Assembly: GCA_028534125.1 (NCBI GenBank)
Contig: CM052816.1
Location: 13,456,001 to 13,520,000 of the forward strand
Direction: 5' to 3'
Source: Lama glama
Lineage: Eukaryota
DNA: 64,000 nucleotides
Part shown: positions 51,689 through 64,000 of the stretch, piece by piece
How the letters are laid out: the number at the start of each line of letters is the position of its first letter
Numbering within the stretch: position 1 is the stretch's first letter
Translations under genes and position numbers: made by a program
Notes under the pieces: model-generated
Databases searched by the model: none
Seen by the model: only the letters and a program-made list of their open reading frames with translations
Told to the model about the DNA's origin: nothing

Positions 51689-54510
51689 CTCCAGCAGATC
51701 TGGGCAGGCTGGTAGGCAGGAAGAGCTCAGGGTATCAGACAAGCTGGACTAGACTGAAACAAAGAAGAGAGGAAGGCAGGCTGTGTTGGATGAAAAGTGG
51801 ACCCGCACAGAACCTGAAAATGGGACAATGCAGCTTTCTGTTCTTGTTCTTTTTCTTTCATTTTAAACCAGTTCTACCTTTACAGTAAAGCTCACATTCA
51901 ATTAACTAACGGCTAAGGAAGCGAGGGAAAAAGATACACTTAAAAGTCATTAATAATACTAGTTGGGCAAAAAACCCAAAGCTTTTCAAGGTAAAGTTTT
52001 ACCCCTATCTCAAGCATTGCTAAAATATATTCCCCCTCCTCTCTGCTGCCCATTCTCAGGTAGAAACGCAAATGAGCAGAAACGTGGACAGAAGATGGGG
52101 AGCCAAAGCAGACAAAAGGGACTGTGTCTCAGAATACCCAAGGGTTGATGGTCCTGTCCTGCTTTACCAAGTCCTGCGAAGAAAATCACAGACACCGCCA
52201 AAGTTAAAAAGAGGCTCAGAGTCACACAGCCTGCTCTACTCATTAGAAATAATTATAACTTTTTAAATAGTACACATAGTCATTTTATAAAAATTCAAAA
52301 ATAAAGACGCCAAGAGAAGAAAACCCAAGCACCTAGAGATAACAACAGTTAAGACAGTGCGGGCTAACCTTCTAGACTCTGTTTTCCTTAACTGCATTGT
52401 GTGTATGTATGTCTCTGTGTGTGCTTTTTTTAATACAAAAATCATCCCTCTTATTTTGTAGATAAAGAAATCTGAGACCTGGTATACGTGCTCAAGCTCG
52501 TGCATAAAATGAGTTTGCAAAAACTCAAGACTAGAACCTTCTCTCTTGGGTCAATGCTCTCTCCTACGACTTCTTAGTAGAAATAAATAGTCGGCATCTT
52601 GGATAAATCAGTGCCTTGTTAGTGTAGCTGTTCAATAAATTAATACATGCTGACATGAAGGATGCCAACGGGGGCGTCCCGTTTGTCTCAGTCCAGCTCT
52701 ACCCAAGCCAGCTTCATCAGAAATGCTGTTGATTATCAGTTACACCAGAGAACATAGTTTTTAACATGCAGCAAAATCTCAAAGAGCACAAGGGACCAAG
52801 GACAGCCTCCTTTCATAGTAACTTACACATAGCTTAGAATTTTGCTACTGAATGTGCTTCACTTTGAAACAACTTCTTTTGGTTTTACTTTAAAATGAGG
52901 CACTATTCTGAGTCCTTTATAGATTCGTTTATTCAGAATTCACTGTTGGATTCTCCCCATGCCCTAAGGGGTAGCATTACAAGGAACAGAAAGCCTCAAG
53001 ACATTTGCATGAGGTCTGCCTTAAGTTTCGACTGAGTAAGATCAGAACTAACTATGAATGAAACAATTTCTCATGGGCCTGTTCATGTCAAGACTCATAA
53101 CACATGGCACACTCAAGGTCCAGCCATTCTGCCAGGGTGGCCCCAACTCAGTGTGCCCTGGGACCCCTGGTCCACACCAACTTCAGTGCCAACCAGCCTG
53201 CCAAACCCATCCAGCACATGCAGTCTACATAGGATATGCTCCTACAAGGCTTCAAGACTGGGAGAGGGAGCTATTTTGCCTAACTCTTAGAAGCAAACAC
53301 AGAAAGTTAAAAAAAAAAAAAAAGAGGGGACAGAGAAATATGTTTCAAATGAAAGAACAAGACAGAACCACCCCAGGGGGGGAGAACTTAATGAAACGGA
53401 AATAAATAGTTTACCTGATAAAAGAGTTCAAAGTAACGGTCATTAAAATGCTCACTGAACACAACAAAAGAATGGAAGAACACAGAACTTCAACAAAGAA
53501 GTAGAAAATATAAAAGAGAACCAATCACAGCTGAAGAATACAATAAATGAAGTGAAAAATACACTAAAGGGATTCTGCAGATTAGAAGACAGAATACTGG
53601 AAAACACCCAACCAGAACAGCAAAAAGAAGAAGACTTTTGAAAAATTAGGATTGTTTAAGGGACCCCTGTGAAAACATCAAGTGCACTAACACTTGCATT
53701 ATAAAGGTTCTAGAAAGACAAGAGAGAGAGAAAGAAGCAGAAAACTTATTTCAAGAAATAATGCTGAAAAATTCCTTATCCTGAGGGAATGAAACAGGTA
53801 ATCAGGTCCAGGAGGCACAGAGAGTCCAAAACAAGATGAACTGAAAGAGATCCATACCAAGACATATCATAATTTAAATGGTAAAAGTTAAAGATACGAC
53901 AGAATTTTAAAGGCAGCAAGAGAAAAACAGCTAGTCACATACAAGTGAACTGCCGCTCCCTCCTCCCCTTGCCGCCCACTATAAGGCTATCAGCTGATTT
54001 TTCAGCAGAAACTTTGCAGGCCAGAAGGAGTGGCATGATATATTTAAAGTGCTAAAAGGAAAAATATGTATATAAACAAAACTACTCTGCCCAGCAAGGG
54101 TATCATTCAGAATTGAAGGAGAGATAAAAAATTTTCCCAGACAAGCAAAACTGAAAAGCAGTTTACCACTACTGAACTGGACTTACAGGAAATGTTAAAC
54201 AGTCTTCTTTAAGTGGTGAAGAAAAGGCTATAACTAGAAATATGAAAATATACAAAAGAAAAAAAAAATCACTGGTAAAAGCAAATACATAGTAAAAGCA
54301 GTGGATGGGCCACTTGAAAAGCAAGTATGAAGGTTGAAAGACAAAAGTAGTAAAATCAACTGCAAATGTAATAAGTAGTTAAGGGATACACAAAATAAGA
54401 ATATGTAAAATATGACATCAAAAAAACATGCAAAGGGGATGAAATATTTACTGCTTTTAGAATGTGTTAAAATTTTAGCAACTGTTAGCTTAAAATAAAC
54501 TGTAATGTAC

Positions 54511-54865
54511 GTAAGTCAATAAATACGAACCTCATGGTAGCCACACACCAAAAACATACAAGAGATACACAAAAAGTAAAGACACAAGGGGGAGGGTATA
54601 GCTCTGTGGTAGAGCACATGCTTAGCATGCACAAGGTCCTGGGTTCAATCCCCAGTGCCTCCTCCAAAAATGAATAAACAAATAAACTTAATTACCACCC
54701 CCCCCAAAAAATAAAAAAAAATAAAGACACAAGAACCTAAATATAACATTAAAGAAAATTGTAAGTCAATAAATATGAACCTCATGGTAGCCACACACCA
54801 AAAACGTACAAGAGATACACAAAAAATAAAGACACAGGAACCTAAATGTAACACTAAAGAAAATT
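54511..54865 (+). repeat. 105-bp tandem duplication inside the L1; first copy interrupted by a SINE
   Basis: Copy 1 = 54511-54588 + 54734-54760. Copy 2 = 54761-54865. Six substitutions by manual alignment. Confidence 0.93.
54589..54721 (+). mobile_element. tRNA-Ala-derived SINE (camelid Vic-1 type) inserted in the L1
   Basis: ggggagggtatagctctgtggtagagcacatgcttagcatgcacaaggtcctgggttcaatccccag, with A/B boxes and an AGC anticodon-like loop. A-rich tail. Perfect 12-bp TSD taaagacacaag at 54577-54588 and 54722-54733. Confidence 0.92.
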
Positions 54866-57800
54866 ATCAAACCACAAGAGAAGAAGAGAACACAAACTAC
54901 AAAAAACACCCAGAAAACAATTAACAAAATGACAATAGATATATACTTATCAGTAATCACTTTAAATATTAATGGATTAAATGCTCCAATCAAAAGACAT
55001 AGGGTGGCTGAATGCATTAAAAAAAACAAGACCCATCTATATGCTGCCTAAAAGAGACTCACTTCAGATCCAAAGATACACACAGACTGAAAGTGAAAGA
55101 ATGGAAAAACACTTTCCATACAAATGGGAACAAAAAGAAAGCTAATGCTCAAATGAATCAGACTTCAAAACAAAGACTGTAACAAATGACAAAAAAGGGC
55201 ACTATATAATGATAAAAGGATCAACCCAAGAAGAGGATATAACATTCATAAATATTTATGTACCCAACCTAGGAGCACCTAAATATATAAAGCAAATATT
55301 AACAGACATAAAGGGAGAAACTGATGGTAACACAATAATAGTAGGGGACTTTAATATTCCATTTACATCACTGGATAGATCATTTAGGCAGAAGATCAAT
55401 AAGGAAACATTGGCCTTGAATGACAATTAAACCAAATTGACTTCATAGATACATATAGAGAGAACACTCCACCCAAAACCCAGCAGAACGCACATCCTTT
55501 GCAAGCACACATGGAACATTCTTCAGGAGAAATCACATGTTAGGCCATAGAACAGATCTCAATAAAATTTTAAAAAAATGAAATCATATCAAGCATCTTT
55601 TTAACCACAATGGTATGAAACTGGAGATCAATTATAAGAATGAAACTGGAAAAGGCACAAATACATGGAGACTAAACAACATGCCGCTGAACAACCAATA
55701 GGTCAACAAAGAAATCAAAGAGAAAATTTTTAAAAATCTGGAGACAAATGAAAATGGAAACACAGCTTTCCAAAATCTATGAGACAGCAAAAGCAGTTCT
55801 AAGAGGGAAGTTTATAGCAATACAAGCCTACCTCAAGAAACAAGAAACATCTCAAATAAAAACCTAACTTTACACCTAGAAGAACTAGAAAAAGGAAAGG
55901 CGAAACCCAAAGTTAGCAGAAGAAAGCAAATAATAAAGATCAGAAAACAAATAAATGCAATAGAGACTAAAAAAGAGAGAAAAAAACAACATAAAAAGAT
56001 CAATAAAAGTAAGAATTGGTTTTGAAAAGATTTTTTAAAATGATGAACCATTAACCAGACTCATGAGTTGGGGGAGGGAGAGTGGGAAGCAGAGACAGGG
56101 AGAGGGAGAGAGAGGGAGAGAGAGAGACCAAATAAATAAAATCAGAAAGAGAACTTGCAAATGATACCACAGAAATACAAAAATAGTAACACTACCATAA
56201 ATAACCGTATGCCAACAAATCAGACAACCTAGCAGAAATGGATAAATTCCTAGAAACAGTCTATCTCCCAAGACTGAATTCAGAAGAAATAGAAAATCTG
56301 ATCAAACCAATCACTAGTAATAAAACTGAATCAGTAATCAGAAAACACCCAAGAAACAAAACTCTAGGACCACTGGCTTCACAGGTGAATTCTACCAAGC
56401 GTTAAGAAGAGTTAATACTTAATATTCTCAAACTACGCCAAAAAATTAAAGAGGAAGGAATGCTTCCAAACTCGTTCTACAAGGCCAGCTTTATCCTGAT
56501 ACTAAACACAGAGACAATACAAAAATGGAAACTCACAAGCCAATATCCCTGATGAACACAGATGCAAAAATTCTCAACAGAATACTACTAGCAAACTGAA
56601 GTCAACAATACATTAAAAAGATAACCCACTATGATCAAGTGGGATTTATTCCAGGGATGCAAGGGTGATTCAACATCTGCAAATAAATGTATCAGTGTGA
56701 TATACCACGTTAACAAGACAAAACATAAAAATCATGTCATCTCAATGGAGCCAGAAAAAGCATTTGGCAAAATCTAACATCCATTTATGATTTAAAATAC
56801 TCTTAACAAAGTGGGTATAGAGCGAACATACCTTAACATAATAAAGGCCATATATGACAAATCCACAGCTAACATCAGCTTTTAAGAGCAGGAAGAAACA
56901 AGGATGCCCACTCTCACCACTTTTATTCAACATAGTATTAGAAGTCCTAGCCACATTAATCAGACAAGAAAAGGAGGTAAACATATTCAAACTGGAAAGG
57001 AATAAGTAAAATTGTCACTGTTTGCAGATGACATGATACTACATACTAAAAATCCTGCAGAATCCACCAAAAAACTTAGAATAAATGAATTCAGTAAAAT
57101 TGCAGGAAACAATATTAGCGTACAAAAATCTACAATATTTCTACTTACTAATAACAATCAACTGAAAAGAGAAATTAAAGACAAAAATCCATTTACAATT
57201 GCACAAAAAGATTAAGATATCTAGGAATAAATTTAACCAAGGAAGTGAAAACCTGTACTCTGAAATGTACGATATTGATGAAAGAAATTGAAGATGACAC
57301 AGATTGATAGAATGATACTTCATGCCCATGGATTGGAAGAATTAATATTGTTAAAATGTCCATACTGCCCAAAGCAACCTACAGATTCAATGCTATCCCT
57401 ACCAAAGTGCCCAAGGCACTTTTCACAGAACTAAAACACATAATCCTAAAATTTGAATGGAATCACAAAAGACCCCAAAGAGCCAAAACAATCTTGAGAA
57501 AGAAGAAAGCTGGAGGTATCACACACCCCGATTTCAAACTATACTACAAAGCTACAGAAATCAAAACAGCATGGTAATGGAACAAAACAGACACACAGAC
57601 CAATGGAAGAGAACAGAGAGCCTAGAAATGAACCCACGCTTACATGGTCAATTAATTCACAACAAAAGAAGTAAGAATGTATAATGGGGAAAAGACAATT
57701 TCTTCAATGAATGATGCTGGGAAAACTGGACAACTACATGTGAAAGAATAAAACTAGACCACTTTCTCAGACCATATACCGAAAAACAAAAACAGAAACA

Positions 57801-58768
57801 AAACCCTGAAAATAGATGTAAAACTTAAATGTAAAACCTGAAACCACAAAACTCTTGGATGAAAACACAGGCAGAAACTCTTCTGATATCAGTCTTAGCA
57901 ATATTTTTTGGATCTGTCTCTTCAGACAGGAGTAACAAAAGCAAAAATAGACAAATGGGACTACACCAAATTGAAAAGCTTTCACCCAGCAAAGAAAACC
58001 ATCAACAAAATGAAAAGGCAACCTACCAAATAGGGGAAGATATTTGTAAATTATATGTCTGATAAGGGGTTAACATCCAAAATACATAAAGAATTAATAC
58101 AATTCAATATCAAAAAAAGAAACAATCTGACTTTAAACGTAGGCAAAAGATCTGAATAGACATTTTTCCAAGGGAGACACAGATGGCCAACAGGCACGTT
58201 AAAAGATGCTCAACGTTACCAACCATCAGGGAAATGCAAATCAAAACCACAGTGATACACCACTTCACACCTATAAGAATAGCTACTATCAAAAAGACAA
58301 GAAATAAGTGTTATTGAGGATGCAGAGGAAAGGGAATCCTTTGTGCATTGTTGGTGGGAATGTAAATTGGTACAACCACTTCAGAAAACAGTATGAAGGT
58401 TCCTTAAAAAACTGAAAATAGAACTATCATACAATCTAGCAATTCCACTTCTGGGTATTTACCTGAAGTAAACAAAAACACTCATTTGAAAAGACAGATG
58501 CATACTAATGTTCATAGAAGCATTATTTACGGTAGCCAAGATATAGAAATAACCTAAGTGTCCACTGATGAATGAATGGATAAAGAAGATGTGATACACG
58601 CACACAATGGAATACTACTCAACCACAAAAAATAAAATTTTTCCATCTGTGACAACACGGATGGACCTAGAGGGTATTATGCTAAGTGAAGTAAGTCAGA
58701 CAGAGAAAGGCAAATGCTGTATGATTTCACTTATATATGGAATCTAAAAGACAAAACAAATGAACAAA

Positions 58769-58828
58769 CATAAAATAAAAACGGACTCACAGATACAGCA
58801 TAAAATAAAAACAGACTCACAGGTACAA
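58769..58828 (+). repeat. 30-bp tandem duplication in the L1 3' UTR
   Basis: cataaaataaaaacggactcacagatacag / cataaaataaaaacagactcacaggtacaa. Confidence 0.9.
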
Positions 58829-60064
58829 CAAAGTGGTGGTCACCAGTGTGGAGGGATGTCAGGGGATGGGAGAAATAGGTGAAGGCGATTAAGAGGTACA
58901 TACTTCTGTTATAAAATAAATAAATCACGGGGAGGTAATGTACAGCATCGGGAAAACAGTCAGTAATGCTGCAACAACTTTGTGTGGGGACATATCGTAA
59001 GCCGACTTATCATGGTGATCATTAAGTAATGTATAAAACTATCAAATCACTATGTTACACATCTGGAACTAATATTATAAGTCAATTACACTTTAATAAA
59101 AAAATTTCTTTAAAGAGTCACAACACATTAATGACACAACAAGGAAAGGAAAATCTACAGTCTTGGCTGTGCTTTTCTCCTCTTTCTTTAACTGTCTCCC
59201 TAGGGCCAGGGAGATCAACTGTGGGAGACAAGCAACCAGTTTGGAAGAGAAACTCCTGTCTAAGTGGCATGCAGAGCGGGTAGGTGGCAGTTCTAGTGAG
59301 AAGGGAAGTGTGGCTCTTAAAGCAGCAAAACATTAAAGTTCTCTTTCAACAGCGAGGACAAGAAAGCCTGACCAGCCGGCTAGACTGAGAGGCAGGTTTG
59401 AAATGGGAAACCCCCAGTTGCCTGGTGACTTAAGGAAACGTGTTTCAACGTGTCTAGTTCTGGGGACTGGGTTAACCAAGCCAGCACCACGTTCACTCCA
59501 TCAAACACCCCTGGAGGTGATTCTGGGATGAGGGCACGTCTGAAGACACGCTCTGAAGGGAGGCCCCAGGCTTTCATGAAGAGCGAGCTCGTGTGAAAAC
59601 ATAATCAAGCATTCTGGGGAGCCGCGCTGCGTAACCAGGTGCTAGGGAAGCACCTGCATGCTGTGTTTGTTCTTCTGTGTTTATCATTATCGTGGTTTCA
59701 TACTCTACACAATGATGGATAATAGGGTTATCTAGGCACTTACAAGATCCACCGCAGAGTTAAGATTTGTGCCAAGGCCTGAGGCTCACAACACAACTCT
59801 TGGAGTACTCGATGTTTCTACCTGCCTGGCGACCTTTGAAAAACGGCATCCAATTTTTCCTTAGACTGTCCCTCACCTGTTGCATGTGGTCCTTCTAAGA
59901 ATGCCAGCTGAGTACCCCACTACCGCCTCACCACAGAACGGGGTGCACTCCCCTAGAGGCCATTACCACTCCCTTTGCAGGCAGCGCTAGCCTGGAGTGG
60001 AATCACAAGAAGACAGAGGAGGTCAAAGGTGAGATGTGAGTTTCCTGGGTATTTCCCACTCTTT

Positions 60065-60830
60065 ATTTCATTCATTATTCAACAAGTATCGACAGCATGC
60101 CTCCTGCTACATGCAAAGCACTGTTGTGGGCAATGTGGAGGTGGACAAATTTTTGACCTCACAGAGCTTACATTTCATTGAGAAGGTGATAAATAAGTCA
60201 AATATATAGTATATTAGATGGTGATACATGTTATGGAAAAAAAATTAAGCAATACTAGCGGGTACAGCACAGGAGCTGGAGGTTATAATTCTAGAGCAAG
60301 ACCTCACTGGGGAGGGAGAGGAGAGAAAGAGGGCAGATCAGGTCTAAGGACCCAAGGAACTGATCCCGGGACACAGAGAACAAGACTGAAAAGGAGCAGC
60401 CAAGGAGGCAGGAAAAAAAACCAGGAGAGAGTGTGTCGTCCTGGAAGCCAAGTGAAGAGTGCCTTTCAAGGAGAAGGGAGTAAAAACCTGGGTGAGACCC
60501 TCCAGAACGATCAGGGAAGGGAAGTCTGAAACTGACTTAGCCACTCTAACAGGAGGCATTTCAAGGGAGCAGTCAGTGCAAAGGTCTGAGCAGTGCCGGT
60601 CCAAGAGGGCATTCTGGCATCTAACAGAGACAACTGTTGGAGACATTCTGCCAAGAAGAGCACAAAGAAACGGGATGGTATCTAAAAGGGGATGCAAGAC
60701 CCAAAAAGTTTTTTTGTTTTGTTGTTTTCGTTCTTCATTTGTAAAGGGTCAGAGAAATTACATGTGCTGATGCGAAAGATTCAGCAGAAACTGAAGTTAA
60801 GGATGTAAGGAGACAGAGGGTAAAACTACT
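60065..60830 (-). mobile_element. LINE-2 remnant
   Basis: tttcattcattattcaacaagtatcgacagcatgcc...cctcacagagcttacatt..., gaagccaagtgaagagtgcctttcaaggagaaggga. Approximate. Confidence 0.65.
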
Positions 60831-63454
60831 GGGGCCAAATCCTTCAGGATACCACTGGAGAACAGCTCTAGTGCCCCAGTGAGGGGACCGCCTGTAGGCA
60901 GGAGCACTGAGTGTCCCTCTAACACACGTGGAGGGAAGGTAGAAACATGGGAACAGGTGTGGTGGCTTGTGCACGTCCTTCTAGTCACATCTATTTGCTA
61001 AGTGAAATAGCAAGCAAGGTCTGAGACAACCAACTGGAAGAGAAGAGTGAATGGTGCAGGGACACAGAGTCAGATACGAGGCACACAAGGGCGCTTGAGG
61101 GTGCGTTCCAATGTCTGATGGTTCAACTTTACTTTCAATGACTCCCAGGAGACTTTCAATAAATTCCCTTCCTTTTTCTTTTTTTTAATTAGCCAAGTTG
61201 ACTTCTGTTCTTTACCACCAGAGACCTAATATACCAGTTCTTTCTTGAGGCCTTAGGGTTATTCCATCTTCTCATTGAAAGTCTGACTTTAATAAAATAG
61301 TGACCCTATGCTATCAAATCCTATGCACCTCCAAGTGCACAAGAAGATCTGCTTGCAATATAACAATGAGCCGAACATTTTGGGTTCCTCTACCACCTAC
61401 TGAACAGAACCAAGAAACAGTGACTTACACTTAACAATAGCAGATTGGAAACACCAAATCAGTATGCTAAACAGCTTAAAGGAGAAAATTTCCATATGTG
61501 TGAGAAAGCAGAAAGGGTTGACACCAAAATTCAAATTGCCTTAATATTTTTTCAAACCCTCTTTTGAGTTAAACTGCAAAAGTGTCTACCAAGACAGAAT
61601 GAAGACCAATACGTGTACAACTTTCCTTGGAGCATAGACGAATACTTCATTACAGATTTCAGTGACTCAGGGAGGGAAACCCATGTGAAGACTGCACTGA
61701 GGGTAAACTGGAAGTAAAGAGAAATATTCTCACACTGGATGACACTATTCAATCTGGGAATGGCATCTGAGAGGCAGTCACACTGAGTAAGAAAGCAGGC
61801 GAGCCAGACTCTCCCACAAGGAGAAACATTTTGAAGATCTCAAAGCCGAGTGGAAATTTCCAGACCATTCAGACTAAGATGAGTCTTCATGATATAACGG
61901 GTCATCCCCCTCCAGGAAATTAAGAGTTATTAAACTGCAGCAAAGACAGCTGCTCCTGAGATGAAATCAGCCTTGTGACACCAAGAAGCAGGAGGGTGAG
62001 GAGCTGCTACCTTCCCATGGGAAGCAGCCCCATACGGCTTGTTCTTTCAAACAGGTGCACAGCTCCACAGGGCATGTGAAACCGGAAGAGCCCTGATGCT
62101 CACAGGGAAGGGTACGGCTTGGTCTAAGCTATGACCTGAATGCAGGAAGCAACAGCTCTTTCTCCTGGCTGACCCTATCCTGGCATATCCTTTGCTAGGA
62201 AGGGTGAGAAAGGAGCTCAGCCCTTTGGGCCAAATGCATACAAACTGCCAAGAAAACAAAAGCAAAAGTAAACACACACACACACACACATCTCCCCAGT
62301 GGATTAGAGCTGTATGTGATACATTTTTGGCATAAGGGTTTTGCTTGCCAATAAGAGAACTGTGAAGAAAGCCTCATCTCCTCAGTAAGAATGCCTTATT
62401 TTGGTTTAATTGTTAGAACCATTTCTCCATCTTCCCCTACATTAAGGCAGAGCTCCCTGACCCTCTGTCCCCCATTCCCTGATTTCTCAAAGAGATGGTA
62501 AAAGCTTACACTGATAGAGGTATACTACTTGCCAGATGTTGTTCGAAGGGCTTTACATAAATTAATTAATGTAATCCTCACAAGGACTCTAAGAGGGGAG
62601 GTACTATTGTTGTCTTAAGGTTTTCCCAGAAAGAAGAGCCTAAGGTGAAGGATTGTAGGACGTACTCTCCCAGCAGGTCCTCAGGGGGAATGAGGCAGAG
62701 AAGCCAGCCACCAAGACTTGCTCCATCTGTTGGGATCATCTTCCAAGAGGCTACCTAGTGACTGGCATTTGGGATGCCCAGTTTCCATCTCTCATTAGTC
62801 AAAGGCTTCCCCTCGGAGTTTTTTTTAATACCCTCTTGCTTCCCCGTAGTACATGTGCGGACGCCACTTTATGTCACGCCTCCCTGGGGTGGGAGGTGCG
62901 GGGCTGGGGCACGTGCCACGGGCATGAGGCTACAAGCTCTCAGGCTGCACCGGCGTGAAATGTGTTGGAGGCTGCACAACCGGTCACCACGGTGGTAGCT
63001 GAAGTACGCACGAAGTATGCACAGGAGGAGCCAAGATAATCTGATGTGCAATGTAAACATTTCTGATACAATTATTGTATTTCCTTTCTCAGATGGGAAA
63101 ACTCGAACACAAAGAAGTGAAGTCATCCATGCAGTTCCAGAAGAGACAAGCAAAACACTATGTAGTGTGGCTCCAGAACGTTCCCCCTTCATCACTGTGT
63201 TCTCAAGCACCTACAGATGACCTGCAACTGCCCTGAAGTCTGCCAGCTGCCTCGCTGCAGCCCCCACCGTTTGAGCCACAGTAGCTGTGAGCTGGTTGGA
63301 AGACCAGTCAGTGTAAGAAAGAAAGACTTGCTAATAATGCTCACCACGCAGTGCAGTGAAATCAGTCACTGACGCTCAGCCAAAGACAGACATTTAATGA
63401 AACCACCCCCAGGGCCAATGCAGAAGAAATCTGGCTTGTAAGGGTGGAAATAAA

Positions 63455-63580
63455 TGAAAGAGATGATAAAAACACAAACAGAAAAGATCAATGAAACTGA
63501 GAGCTCCTTTTCAAAAAGGTAAACAAATAAAACTTTACCTAGACCCACTGAGAAAAAAGGAGAGAACTGAAAATCAGAAA
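63455..63580 (+). mobile_element. LINE-1 ORF2 internal fragment
   Basis: aaaagatcaatgaaactgagagctccttttcaaaaagg...tagacccactgagaaaaaaggagaga resembles the region near 55990-56060 of the long L1. Confidence 0.6.
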
Positions 63581-63848
63581 AGAGGCGGAGAAGGAAAGAA
63601 GGAAGGGAAGAAGGAAAATAAATCTGACCCTGCTAAGGGTTGGCAAAGAAGAAACTAAACTGTGTTCCTGCTCGTTAATACTCTCACTTTTGTAAGACCC
63701 TGAAATAACTGGAGCATCGTTAAGAAAGGAAAAGAAAGCACCCTCTTCTTTGCTCTTCCCTGGATCTGAAAGGGAACGCCACAGGTGACTTGATGGCTCC
63801 AGAGGAGGAAGCATCAGAGGTGCATCAAAAAACAGGAAAGCTGCAGCA

Positions 63849-63981
63849 GGGAAGGTATAGCTCAGTGGCAGAGTGTGTGCTTAGCATGCACGAGGTCCTG
63901 GGTTCAATCCCCAGTACCTCCATTAGAAACAAATAAATAAACCTAATTAACTCTTCCCTCCAAAAAAAAAAAAAAAAAAAA
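63849..63981 (+). mobile_element. tRNA-Ala-derived SINE (Vic-1 type)
   Basis: gggaaggtatagctcagtggcagagtgtgtgcttagcatgcacgaggtcctgggttcaatccccagtacctcc, then an aataaataaacctaatta extension and poly(A). The flanking sequence caggaaag occurs on both sides. Confidence 0.92.
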
Positions 63982-64000
63982 CCAGGAAAGTCGCTGGAAA

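Larger units (their letters stand above)
53106..59112 (+). mobile_element. Near-full-length degenerate LINE-1 (~6 kb; older L1MA-like subfamily), antisense to the host gene
   Basis: ORF1 remnant near 53330-54210 (RNMFQMKEQD). ORF2 remnants: endonuclease MIKGSTQEEDITFINIYVPNLGAPKYIKQILTDIKGE...IIVGDFN, RT motif SLFADDMIL, and [16 protein letters not shown]1 3' UTR ends in AATAAAAAAA. Many stops and frameshifts. Degenerate TSD aagactcataacacat (53090-53105) / aagagtcacaacacat (59113-59128), 14/16 identical. Confidence 0.95.
19005..64000 (-). other. ARHGAP26: 3' part of a long (>45 kb) ARHGAP26 intron; the upstream exon is not in the window
   Basis: Acceptor AG at 19006-19005. No further RhoGAP peptide recognised in the ORF track or by eye. 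Confidence 0.75.

Noticed and set aside
55209..57684. Endonuclease and reverse-transcriptase ORFs as an active retroelement or novel RT system
   Set aside because: These are short fragments of a standard L1 ORF2 broken by many stops and frameshifts. The element is dead.
63849..63922. Apparent tRNA-Ala(AGC) gene (also at 14710, 44001 and 54589)
   Set aside because: A-rich tails, TSDs, imperfect acceptor stems and multiple diverged copies mark these as SINEs, not functional tRNAs.

Overview
Mammalian genomic DNA, most likely camelid, judged from four tRNA-Ala-derived Vic-1-type SINEs. The whole window appears to lie inside ARHGAP26 (GRAF1), transcribed on the minus strand. Only two coding exons are visible: 19004-18845 (160 bp, C-terminal part of the RhoGAP domain) and 4612-4474 (139 bp, post-GAP linker). 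Both have canonical AG/GT boundaries and compatible phases. The rest is intron rich in transposon remnants: a ~6 kb degenerate L1 with a degenerate target-site duplication (TSD), shorter L1 fragments, L2, MIR, MLT1 LTRs and hAT DNA elements. I found no prokaryote-type system and no new gene; nearly all listed ORFs are spurious. The best second-look items are structural or regulatory: a ~100 bp inverted duplication suggesting a ~1.65 kb staggered-break inversion, a nested L1 > tandem duplication > SINE chronology, a candidate 87-nt poison exon, a candidate homeodomain-motif enhancer, and two possible L1 3' transductions. Repeat family names and most repeat boundaries were assigned by eye and are approximate.
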